A DNA stretch of 64,000 nt, from the NCBI GenBank assembly GCA_016794485.1, contig JAEUHV010000081.1, forward strand, positions 3,133-67,132, read 5' to 3'. The notes beneath the pieces are model-generated. The model was not told the DNA's origin. It made no database searches and was given only the letters and a program-made list of their open reading frames with translations. Numbering within the stretch: position 1 is the first letter of the stretch; each line of letters begins with the position of its first letter. Of this stretch, positions 19,486 to 27,689 are shown piece by piece. A program made the translations under genes and the position numbers. This DNA is from Planctomycetota bacterium. Lineage in GTDB: Bacteria > Planctomycetota > UBA1135 > UBA2386.

Positions 19486-22470
19486 ATGCGCGCACTCGTC
19501 CTGGTTCTCCTGCTCGGCAGCGTGGTCGCCCAGCAACGGGTGCCGCTCGACGGCACCTGGCAGGTCCGGCCCGAAGCGGACGCGAACGGTTGGCGCGACG
19601 TGGCCGTGCCGGCGGCGTTCGAGACGGCTCTCGGCATCGAGTTCGACGGCGTCGCGATCTACCGCCGCACGTTGCCGGCCGGCAAGCCGACCGCACACAC
19701 GCGGCTCGAGTTCGCCGCGGTCGCGACGCACGCGACGGTCACGGTGAACGGCACGAAGCTCGGCGAACACCTCGGCGGCTGGACGCCGTTCCGCGTCGAC
19801 GTGTCGGCGGCGATGAAGCACGACGGCAGCGACGTGCTCGAAGTGCGCGTCGACGAGAAGGTCGGCCACAACACGCAGGGCTTCCTGCCGATCGTGCAGC
19901 CGCACTTCGGCGGCATCTGGCAAGGTGTGACGTTGTGCCGCGACGACGGTCCGGTGTTCGATCGGCTGGCGGTGTTCGCATGGGGCGAAGCCGAGGGTTC
20001 GGTGCGCTGCGAAGTGCCGGTGCTCGGCGGGGATGGCCGGTCGCTGCAGGTCGCCATCCAGATCGACGACGAACAACGGCTCGCCGCCACCTGGCCCGTT
20101 GCCTCCGGCTCGGCCCAGGGCACGGCCAAGGTGCAGTCCCCGTCACCCTGGTCGCCGACGACGCCGAACCGGCACCATGCATCGTTCCGGCTGCTCGACG
20201 GCGCGCGCGAGCTCGATCGCCTCGACACCAGGTTCGCATTCCGACAACTCGTCGCCGACGGCACGCGCGTGCTGTGGAACGACTCACCGCTGCAGGTGCG
20301 CGGCCTCTTGCACTGGGGCTACTCGCCGCCGCACCTCGCCCCGCCGACGGACCCGGGTTACTGGCGCGAGCAGCTCACGCGCGCGCGGCAGCGCGGCTTC
20401 AACACGGTGAAGTGCTGCCTCTGGGTGCCGCCGAAGTGCGTCTACGACCTCGCCGACGAACTCGGGATCCTGCTCTGGCAGGAGTACCCGACCTGGCACC
20501 CGCAGATGGACCAGGCGCACAAGCAGGAACTGCTCGCCGAGTATGCCGAGTTCTTCCGGCACGACCGCAGCCATCCATCGGTCGCGTTCCGCAGCATCAC
20601 CTGCGAAACCGGGCACGGCGCCGACCTCGACGTCGTTCGAGCGCTCTACGACGCGTGCAAGGCGGCGGTGCCGGACACGCTGGTCGTCGACGACAGCTCG
20701 TGGATCGGCTGGCAGCGCGTGACCGATTTCTGGGACGAGCATCCGTACGGCAACAACTCGTGGTTCCCCGGCCGGCTCGACGAGTTCGCCCGCCACATCG
20801 CCGAGAAGGGCGAGAAGCCGCTGCTGCTCGGCGAGTGCATCGCCGCCGACACCTGGGTCGATTCGACCGCGTGGCGTGCGGCACACGGCGACACGGCCCC
20901 TTGGTGGCGGCCCGATTGCTGGACCGCGCAGCAACCGGCGGAAGCGTGGCTCGTGCAACGGTTCGGCGCCGACACGCTGGCGTCGCTGCGGCCCGAGTCG
21001 CTGGCGTTTGCCATGCGGAACCGCAAGTTCCAGATCGAACGGCTGCGGCTGCAGCTTCCGGCCGCGGGCTACGTCGTGTCGGTGGCGCGCGACTTCGCGA
21101 AAGCGCGCATGGGCCTCGACGACGACGTCGGCCAGCCGAAGTGGACGCCCGCGGAGTGGGCCTGGCACGGCGACACGATGCTGTGCCTCGATGCGACTTG
21201 GGACCAGCGCAGCGTGCCCGGCGGCGGCAGGCTGCCGCGCGTTCGCGTCGCCCACTCCGGTGTCGGCGACCTGGACGGCGAGGTCGAACTGTGGCTCGAC
21301 GACGCGACGACCGCGGTGCGACAACGGGTGCACGTGGCGGCCGGCGCCGTGTCCGAGCCGCTCCCGGACACACCGGCCACGCCGACCAGCGGCCAACTCC
21401 AACGGGTGCGCCTGCACGCGAAGCTCACCGGCACCCACACCGCGAGCAATGCGTGGGACCTCTGGCTCGTGCCGCAGTGGAGCTACCGCGGCGGCGGGCC
21501 GCAGGTGGTCGATCGGCTGACGCCCGAACTGCTCGACCGCATCGAAGCCGGCGAACGCGTCCTGCTGTGCGCCGGCGATCGGCCGGGTTCGCCCCGCACG
21601 GAAGCCCTGTGGTCCCTGCGCGGGGCGCCGTTCGCGCCGCCGCACCCGGTCCACGCGAGCGTGCCCGCCGCGATGCTGCTCGACCTGTGCAGCTTCGACC
21701 TCGAGACCGGCCGCGTGTTGCCACTCGCCGCGTGGCACGACGAACTCGACCCGTTCCTCGCGTTCTGGGAGACGCACGACATCCCCGAGGTCCGGTTCCA
21801 TGCGCTGGCCGCGGAGACGCGGCTCGGCAAGGGCCGCCTGATGGTGACGACGTTGCGGCTCGAGGGCCGGCTGCACAGCCTCGGTTTCCATGTGCAGCAC
21901 CTGCTGCAGCAGCACGTCGCTTCGGGACCCGAGCCACGCCGCGCGCTGTCGGCCGCGACGATCGCCGCCCTGCGCGCCAAGCTCACCGAAGCGAAGGTCG
22001 AACTGCCGACCTGGCGCTTCCGCACCGACCCCGACGACCAGGGCCGCGCCGGCCAGTGGTTCGCTCCGGACCACGACGCCACCGCAGCCCCGTGGCGCGA
22101 CCTGCGCGCCGGCTCGCACTGGGAGAACCAGGGCGAGGACCTGAAGCACTACACCGGCACGGCTTGGTACCGCGTCACGGTCGAGGTGCCGCCGACGTTC
22201 GCCGGCAAGGACGCGCGGCTCGTGCTCGAAGGCGTCGACGACAGTTATGAACTGTGGCTCGACGGCAAGCCGATCGCCAAGGCCGGCGATCCGGCCAAGC
22301 AGCACACGATCTGGCTCGAACGCCAGGTCGTCGAACTCGGCCAGTCCCTGGCTCCCGGGCGACACACCGTGGCCCTGCGTGTCGTCGACCACGCCGGTGC
22401 CGGCGGCCTCTGGCGGCCCGCCTTCGTCACCACCGGCCCCGCCGGAACCGGTGATCCCCTGCTGCACTGA
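19486..22470 (+). CDS. secreted glycoside hydrolase family 2-like protein
   Basis: ATG 19486 in track ORF 17875..22470 gives the signal peptide MRALVLVLLLGSVVAQQ. GH2 sugar-binding pattern (FDGVAIYRRT..LEFAAVATHATVTVNGTKLGEHLGGWTPFRVDVS), a TIM-barrel segment (FNTVKCCLWVPPKCVYDLADELGILLWQEYP), and a second jelly-roll near the C-terminus. Confidence 0.7.
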   Translation: MRALVLVLLLGSVVAQQRVPLDGTWQVRPEADANGWRDVAVPAAFETALGIEFDGVAIYRRTLPAGKPTAHTRLEFAAVATHATVTVNGTKLGEHLGGWTPFRVDVSAAMKHDGSDVLEVRVDEKVGHNTQGFLPIVQPHFGGIWQGVTLCRDDGPVFDRLAVFAWGEAEGSVRCEVPVLGGDGRSLQVAIQIDDEQRLAATWPVASGSAQGTAKVQSPSPWSPTTPNRHHASFRLLDGARELDRLDTRFAFRQLVADGTRVLWNDSPLQVRGLLHWGYSPPHLAPPTDPGYWREQLTRARQRGFNTVKCCLWVPPKCVYDLADELGILLWQEYPTWHPQMDQAHKQELLAEYAEFFRHDRSHPSVAFRSITCETGHGADLDVVRALYDACKAAVPDTLVVDDSSWIGWQRVTDFWDEHPYGNNSWFPGRLDEFARHIAEKGEKPLLLGECIAADTWVDSTAWRAAHGDTAPWWRPDCWTAQQPAEAWLVQRFGADTLASLRPESLAFAMRNRKFQIERLRLQLPAAGYVVSVARDFAKARMGLDDDVGQPKWTPAEWAWHGDTMLCLDATWDQRSVPGGGRLPRVRVAHSGVGDLDGEVELWLDDATTAVRQRVHVAAGAVSEPLPDTPATPTSGQLQRVRLHAKLTGTHTASNAWDLWLVPQWSYRGGGPQVVDRLTPELLDRIEAGERVLLCAGDRPGSPRTEALWSLRGAPFAPPHPVHASVPAAMLLDLCSFDLETGRVLPLAAWHDELDPFLAFWETHDIPEVRFHALAAETRLGKGRLMVTTLRLEGRLHSLGFHVQHLLQQHVASGPEPRRALSAATIAALRAKLTEAKVELPTWRFRTDPDDQGRAGQWFAPDHDATAAPWRDLRAGSHWENQGEDLKHYTGTAWYRVTVEVPPTFAGKDARLVLEGVDDSYELWLDGKPIAKAGDPAKQHTIWLERQVVELGQSLAPGRHTVALRVVDHAGAGGLWRPAFVTTGPAGTGDPLLH

Positions 22471-22539
22471 CCTTGTGCGCAGCATCGGCATGGCCCATGC
22501 GCGCGCCCGCCGCCGTTCCCCGCTATCCTCGCCCACCGC

Positions 22540-23103
22540 ATGAAAGTCACCAGCATCCAGCCGACGCCGAACCCCAACGCCTTCAAGTTCCTGGTCGATC
22601 GCCCGCTCGTGCAGGGCCACACGCTCGCGTATGCCAAGCCCGAGCAGGCCAGGAACGACGTGCTGGCGCAGGGCATGTTCGCGATCCCGGGCGTGGAGAC
22701 CCTGTTCTTCTGCGAGAACTTCGTGACCGTCAGCATGACGGCGCAGGCCGACTGGCGCGCCGTGTGCGAACAGATGACCCGCCTGCTGGAGAGCCACATC
22801 GTGGCCGACGAAGCCGCGGCCGCACCCGCCGCGGAGGACGACGACCCGTTGGCGCGGCTGCCGCAGGGTGGCGACCCCGAGATGCTGGCGAAGATCAACA
22901 CGCTGCTCGACGACCGGGTGCGCCCGGCGCTGGCCGGCGACGGCGGCGGCCTGCAGGTGATGGGCCTCGAGGGCAAGACGCTGTTCATCCGATACCAGGG
23001 CGCATGCGGCAGTTGCCCCAGCTCGACCAGCGGCACGCTGATGGCGATCCAGCGGTTGCTGCAGAGCGAAGTCGACGAAGAACTCGTCGTCACGATGTCG
23101 TGA
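22540..23103 (+). CDS. Nfu/NifU-like Fe-S cluster scaffold protein
   Basis: Nfu_N-like N-terminus (PNPNAFKF) and a NifU C-terminal domain with ALAGDGGGLQV..GACGSCPSSTSGTL. Confidence 0.8.
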   Translation: MKVTSIQPTPNPNAFKFLVDRPLVQGHTLAYAKPEQARNDVLAQGMFAIPGVETLFFCENFVTVSMTAQADWRAVCEQMTRLLESHIVADEAAAAPAAEDDDPLARLPQGGDPEMLAKINTLLDDRVRPALAGDGGGLQVMGLEGKTLFIRYQGACGSCPSSTSGTLMAIQRLLQSEVDEELVVTMS

Positions 23104-23113
23104 GCGAGGGCCC

Positions 23114-23470
23114 GTGACCAAGGTGCGGTGTTCGTACTGCGGTCACGAAGGCGCTGCGGTGCCGGTGCACGGCCACGGCCAGTGCGAACGCTGCGGCACC
23201 AACATCGAGCCGTGCTGCAGCGGCGCCAACGCATTCGACGAAGCCGCAGCGACCGCCGCGATCGACGCGGTGCCGGATCCGCAGCTGTTCGCGCGGCTGT
23301 TCGCGCAACTCGGCGGCCCAGCGGCGACGGTCACGACCGACGCCCTGCTGTTCGCGTTGGTGCAGCGCCTGGGCACCGACCTCGACGACGCCCGGCTCGT
23401 GCTCGAAGCCGGAGAACGGCTCGGCCTCGTCACCAGGGAAGCACCGGGCCGGCATCGCCTGCACGACTGA
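23114..23470 (+). CDS. zinc-ribbon hypothetical protein
   Basis: N-terminal CxxC..CxxC (CSYCGHEG...CERCG). Last chromosomal ORF before the tRNA promoter. Confidence 0.45.
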   Translation: MTKVRCSYCGHEGAAVPVHGHGQCERCGTNIEPCCSGANAFDEAAATAAIDAVPDPQLFARLFAQLGGPAATVTTDALLFALVQRLGTDLDDARLVLEAGERLGLVTREAPGRHRLHD

Positions 23471-23487
23471 ACGCGGCGGCTGCGCGC

Positions 23488-23516
23488 TTGCCTCGACCGC
23501 ATCCGGCTCCTACGCT
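23488..23516 (+). promoter_or_regulatory. putative native promoter of tRNA-Leu, now orphaned at attL
   Basis: TTGCCT (23488-23493), 17 nt, TACGCT (23511-23516). The -10 element ends 17 nt before the tRNA 5' fragment. Confidence 0.35.
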
Positions 23517-23533
23517 CCCCGCCCCCATTCCGT

Positions 23534-23580
23534 GCCGGAGTGGCGGAATCGGCAGACGCACAGGTTTCAAAACCCTGTGC
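23534..23580 (+). repeat. attL core: non-functional 5' half of tRNA-Leu(CAA)
   Basis: 23534-23572 is identical (39/39) to 63850-63888, and 45/47 through 23580. It has no variable arm, T arm or 3' acceptor strand. Confidence 0.9.
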
Positions 23581-23716
23581 AGGCCGACCGCGACCGTCGC
23601 GGCACGCGCACGTTGCGCGTCGCCGATCCGCGTAGCGCTCGATCCGATCGCACCTTGCGATCGTTGAACGGCGCGCCGAACCACCCGCCTCGCCGACCGG
23701 TCGGCGGGCGTTCGAA

Positions 23717-23744
23717 GTGGCACCTTGTGGCCATTCGTGTGGCC
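23717..23744 (+). repeat. putative integrase arm-type sites (left arm)
   Basis: GTGGCA (23717), GTGGCC (23727), GTGGCC (23739). The same GTGGSC triplet recurs at the right arm, 63773-63798. Confidence 0.4.
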
Positions 23745-23763
23745 ACCGCCGAGGGGGTGCACC

Positions 23764-24633
23764 GTGCATAGCATCCATGACCTTCGCACGTGGGCCGTGC
23801 AGAACCACGGCGGGACCGAGGGATGGGCCAACCTGCTCGAGCAGATCGACCTGCTGGCAGCCCGGGGTGTGGCGACGGTGCATCCGGTGGACGTGGCGCA
23901 CGAGCGCGGTCGGCTCGTTGAGGCGCGCCAGGCGTTCGACTCGGCGATGCAGCTGGTCGAGGCCGCGTCAGGCCGTGCGGCGCTCGCGTGCGAAGAACGC
24001 GACGAAGCCAGGCGCGCTGCCGAACGCCGCGACCTCGACCGCCAGGCGGACCTCGAGGCGGTGCACCAGGCGCTGGACGCCGCCGGCGCGAGCCGCGACT
24101 TGCCCGGCACGCCGGCCGGCCAGAAGCCCGCGGTGGTCGACCGGATTGCCGAGCTGGGTGCCAGGCATCGCCGGTTCGCCGCCGCTGTGACGGACACCAG
24201 GAAGATGCTCGAGGAGGAGCGACAGCAGCACCACACCTGGCTGGGTCGGAAGGTGCGCGCGACCGACGAGGCGCACGCCCTGCTGGACTCGGCCGGGGTG
24301 CCGCGCACGTCGCAGGACCCGGACCCCGCCGGCCTCGGCGTTGTCGATCGGATCGGGTTGCTGGCCAAGCGACTCCGGGCCGCCGAAGCCGCGCTGCCGG
24401 GCGGATGGGAGTCGATCCCGTCCGGCATGGTCGGGTGGGCCCTGCGAGGGGCTGGCAACACGCTGTCCGGCTGCAGCTCGTCGGCCGAGCAGCTGATGAG
24501 GGACCTGCAGATGGCTGGCAACGCCATGATCAGGCGGCACATGAAAGTCGCCGCCGCGGCGACCGGTGGCGCGGTGGCGGATGGTGGCGGATCGAACGAC
24601 GAGCAGCGCCAGGCGCAAGGCGGTGCCTCGTGA
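23764..24633 (+). CDS. hypothetical coiled-coil protein (first prophage gene)
   Basis: GTG 23764 is preceded by GAGGGGG. Ala/Arg/Glu-rich helical sequence. Ends ...RQAQGGAS, with a GTGA overlap to the next gene. Confidence 0.5.
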   Translation: MHSIHDLRTWAVQNHGGTEGWANLLEQIDLLAARGVATVHPVDVAHERGRLVEARQAFDSAMQLVEAASGRAALACEERDEARRAAERRDLDRQADLEAVHQALDAAGASRDLPGTPAGQKPAVVDRIAELGARHRRFAAAVTDTRKMLEEERQQHHTWLGRKVRATDEAHALLDSAGVPRTSQDPDPAGLGVVDRIGLLAKRLRAAEAALPGGWESIPSGMVGWALRGAGNTLSGCSSSAEQLMRDLQMAGNAMIRRHMKVAAAATGGAVADGGGSNDEQRQAQGGAS

Positions 24634-25256
24634 ACCTGCTCGTTCTGCAGAAGCTCCTCCAGTCCCTGAAAGTCGGCGGCGTTGTCGTAAGAGAAGGAAC
24701 GAAGGTCGTCACTGCCGCGGTCGATGCGCAGCTGGAGGCGCTACTCTTGACCCCGAAGGGTCGTGAGTTGCGCGATGCAGCGGTCCGCTGGCCGAGGGGC
24801 GAGGCCGCGACCGGAACCGAGATCTGGGACCACTTGATGGCGTGCGACCTCGATCAACGGATCGAGTTGATGCGTGGGTCGGTCGGCGTCTTCGTCGTCG
24901 AAGCGAGCTTCCTGCGAAAGGCACGGAAGAGTGCTCTGGAAGGGCGGATGATCGAACTCGCCCTAGTCGCAACGACGCCGCCGCACACCATCTTTGGCGG
25001 CAAGGACAGGCGGCTGGCGGATCTGCTGAAGTTCATCCTCGAGAACGGGGTGGACCTGGGCAAGTCGATCAACGAGCTGCCAGGCTATCTGCGTGCCCTA
25101 TTCGACGAGGCCGAGGCCTACAAGGCTCGGTCGATTGCCGCTGAGAAGAGCGCGCAGGATGCGAACAGAAGCACGCTGGATCTGCTCGCCAAGGCGATCG
25201 CGCTTCGAGACGCGATCGAACTGTTGACGCGCCAGGCGCAAGGCGGTGTCTCGTGA
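24630..25256 (+). CDS. hypothetical protein
   Basis: GTG 24630 in the frame of track ORF 23988..25256. Visibly less GC-rich than its neighbours. Ends ...RQAQGGVS with a GTGA overlap. Confidence 0.5.
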   Translation: MNLLVLQKLLQSLKVGGVVVREGTKVVTAAVDAQLEALLLTPKGRELRDAAVRWPRGEAATGTEIWDHLMACDLDQRIELMRGSVGVFVVEASFLRKARKSALEGRMIELALVATTPPHTIFGGKDRRLADLLKFILENGVDLGKSINELPGYLRALFDEAEAYKARSIAAEKSAQDANRSTLDLLAKAIALRDAIELLTRQAQGGVS

Positions 25257-26836
25257 CGCTCGCCTCGATCCCGCTCGCGACGATCCGCGAGAGCGCGACC
25301 AACCCGCGCAAGTCGTTCGACCCGGCGCAGCTCGCCGAACTGACCGCCAGCGTGCGGCAGTTCGGTGTGCTGCAGCCGATCCTGGTGCGCCCGGTGGCCG
25401 ACCTGCCCGGCGGCCTCACTGGCTACGAGCTGATCGCGGGCGCGCGCCGGCTCCGCGCCGCGGCGGCCGCCGGCCTCGACACGATCCCGGCGATCGTGCG
25501 CGACCTCGACGACCGCGCGACGCTCGAGGTCCAGGTGATCGAGAACCTGCAGCGGCAGGACCTGGGCATCCTCGAGGAAGCCCGCGGGTTCGACCTGCTG
25601 CACCGCGAGCACGGCTACGACGTCGCCGAGCTGGCGGCCAAGGTCGGCAAGTCGACCAGCTACGTCTACGGCCGCATGCAGCTGGTGCGCCTGCCGCAGG
25701 AAGCGCAGCAGCTGATCGATGCCGGCCGCCTGACCGCCGCGCACGCCCTGCTGCTCGCCCGGATCCCGTCGCCCGAGGTCGCGGCGGCCGCGGCCCAGGA
25801 GCTGGCCGGCGACAGCAACGGCCCGCTGCCGATCCACGAGGCGCGGCACGTCGTGCAGAGCTACTACATGCTGCGGCTCGACGCGGCCCCGTTCGACACG
25901 ACGGACGGCACCCTCGTGCCGGCCGCCGGCCCGTGCAGCTCGTGCCCGAAGCGGACCGGCAACCAGAAGGGCCTGTTCGAGGACATCGAGGGTGCGGACC
26001 TGTGCACCGACAGCGGGTGCTTCGGGGCCAAGCGAGCCGCTGGGTTCGAGCGCGCGCGCGAGGACGCCGAACGTGCCGGAATCGAGGTCCTGCCGAAGGC
26101 GAAGACGCAGGCGATCGACTCGGTCCGGCTCGAGGAGGTCTGCTACGACGACCCGAAGCGGCGGACCTACCGCCAGCTGCTCGGCGGCCGCAAGGGCATC
26201 GCCGGCGTCGAGGGCCGGGTCCTGGGCCAGACGCACGACGGTGCGGCCGAGTGGCGGTTCCCGCGGAAGAAGCTGAAGGCCGCGCTGAAGGCGGCCGGGC
26301 ACGACTTCCGCAAGCCCGCGAAGCCGGCGGCGAGCAAGGCGGACGTCGCGGCGCGCAGCGAGCGCGAGATCCTGCGCGCGGTCAACGACGAGATGCACGC
26401 CGCGACCGTGCGCGCGATCCTCGGGGACGAGATGCTGGACGTCCTCCAGCTGCTGCCGCACTGGATCGACCTTGCCGGCTCGAACCTGTTCGGGCACGAG
26501 CGCGACGAGCTGGCCAAGCGCTGGGGCGCGGCCGCCACCGCGGCGGGGATCGACTGGAAGTGTCGCCAGCGCAGCGTGCCGCAGCTGTGCGCGATCCTGA
26601 CCGACCTGCTGCTGGACGACCCGCAGACGTTCGCCGTGCCGGCCGAGCTGGCCGCGCTGGTGGGCGTCGACCGGGGCAAGGTCGAGCGCGAGGTGCGCCA
26701 GCAGGCCGACCTCGACGCCGCCGGCGCGAAGCTGAACCCGAAGAAGGCCGGGCCGAAGCCGCCCAAGCCGACGAGCAAGAGGCCGAAGGCGAAGAAGGGC
26801 AAGGAAGCCGCCGCCGGCGGGGAGCGTGACGCATGA
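25253..26836 (+). CDS. ParB/Srx-fold N-terminal domain protein (ParB-like nuclease/partition-type), long form
   Basis: Classic ParB N-domain blocks: NPRK, VRQFGVLQPILVRPV, YELIAGARRLRAA, VIENLQRQDL. A Cys cluster (CSSCPKRTGNQ...CTDSGCF) and a Lys-rich C-terminal tail follow. Confidence 0.8.
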   Translation: MTLASIPLATIRESATNPRKSFDPAQLAELTASVRQFGVLQPILVRPVADLPGGLTGYELIAGARRLRAAAAAGLDTIPAIVRDLDDRATLEVQVIENLQRQDLGILEEARGFDLLHREHGYDVAELAAKVGKSTSYVYGRMQLVRLPQEAQQLIDAGRLTAAHALLLARIPSPEVAAAAAQELAGDSNGPLPIHEARHVVQSYYMLRLDAAPFDTTDGTLVPAAGPCSSCPKRTGNQKGLFEDIEGADLCTDSGCFGAKRAAGFERAREDAERAGIEVLPKAKTQAIDSVRLEEVCYDDPKRRTYRQLLGGRKGIAGVEGRVLGQTHDGAAEWRFPRKKLKAALKAAGHDFRKPAKPAASKADVAARSEREILRAVNDEMHAATVRAILGDEMLDVLQLLPHWIDLAGSNLFGHERDELAKRWGAAATAAGIDWKCRQRSVPQLCAILTDLLLDDPQTFAVPAELAALVGVDRGKVEREVRQQADLDAAGAKLNPKKAGPKPPKPTSKRPKAKKGKEAAAGGERDA

Positions 26837-27378
26837 GCGGCATGCGCATGGCGAAGGCGTCGCGCCAGGACCTCGACGCCGCGTGGAGCATCAACCGCGC
26901 GTTCGACTCGCTCGGCTACGGGTTCGAGCCGATGGAGGTCGACGATGCCGAGAAGGACGCCGCCGCCGCCGACGTGCCGATCCTGGCCACCGCGCAGCGC
27001 CTGGTCGAGCAGGCCTTCGACATCAACGACCACGATGCCTGCCGGCGGGTGATCGACCACCTGCAGGCGTGCGCCAAGCGTGGCTCGCTGATGCGGGTCA
27101 TCATGGGGATGGAGGTGCTGCTCGACGCACGGAACGAGATCGTCGATCCCAGCCTCGACTACCTCGAGCTGCACCCGAAGCTTGCCGCGGCCACGTCCGA
27201 GGCAGCTCAACAGCGCGCGCGCGCCGAAGCTGCCGAGGCGAAGATCGCCGCCCTGCGCACGGCTTTGCTGTCCGACCTCGACGCGGCCACGTCCGAGGCG
27301 GCGCAGCAGCGCACGCGCGCCGAAGTAGCCGAGGCCGAGCTGTCCGAACTGCGCAAGGCGCAAGGCGGTGCACCTTGA
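26833..27378 (+). CDS. hypothetical protein with internally duplicated coiled-coil segment
   Basis: AATSEAAQQRARAEAAEA and AATSEAAQQRTRAEVAEA are encoded by the direct repeat 27187-27239 / 27283-27335. Ends ...KAQGGAP with a TTGA overlap. Confidence 0.5.
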   Translation: MSGMRMAKASRQDLDAAWSINRAFDSLGYGFEPMEVDDAEKDAAAADVPILATAQRLVEQAFDINDHDACRRVIDHLQACAKRGSLMRVIMGMEVLLDARNEIVDPSLDYLELHPKLAAATSEAAQQRARAEAAEAKIAALRTALLSDLDAATSEAAQQRTRAEVAEAELSELRKAQGGAP

Positions 27379-27689
27379 AGCTCGACGACCTGCGGCCGTG
27401 CGATGCCTGCGGCGGCCCCGTGAACCCGGTGTTCTTCCGGCTGCGCGTCGACCAGATGGTCGTCAACCAGGCCGCCGTGCGCGAGCGCGTCGGCCTGGCG
27501 CAGTTCTTCGGCGGCAACGACCGGCTCGCGTCGGTGTTCGATGCACGCGGCGACACGGCCGTCGCCGAGGCGTCGCAGCAGACGCTGAACCTGTGCTGCT
27601 CGTGCTTCTGCGGCGCGCACGACGTCGCGGCCGCCTGGGAGAAGGTGTGCAAGCGGAACGAGCCCGAGGCTACGGGGGCGACCTCATGA
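27375..27689 (+). CDS. Cys-rich small protein
   Basis: TTG 27375 (TTGA overlap). CDAC near the N-terminus and CCSCFC near the C-terminus. Confidence 0.4.
   Translation: MKLDDLRPCDACGGPVNPVFFRLRVDQMVVNQAAVRERVGLAQFFGGNDRLASVFDARGDTAVAEASQQTLNLCCSCFCGAHDVAAAWEKVCKRNEPEATGATS

Noticed and set aside
23534-23580. A second functional tRNA-Leu gene at the left prophage end.
   Set aside because: Only the 5' acceptor strand, D arm and anticodon stem-loop are present. There is no variable arm, T arm or 3' acceptor strand, so it is an att-site fragment.
26833-27378. The repeat region as a CRISPR array or other non-coding tandem repeat.
   Set aside because: There are only two diverged copies, in frame inside an ORF, and several of the differences are synonymous.
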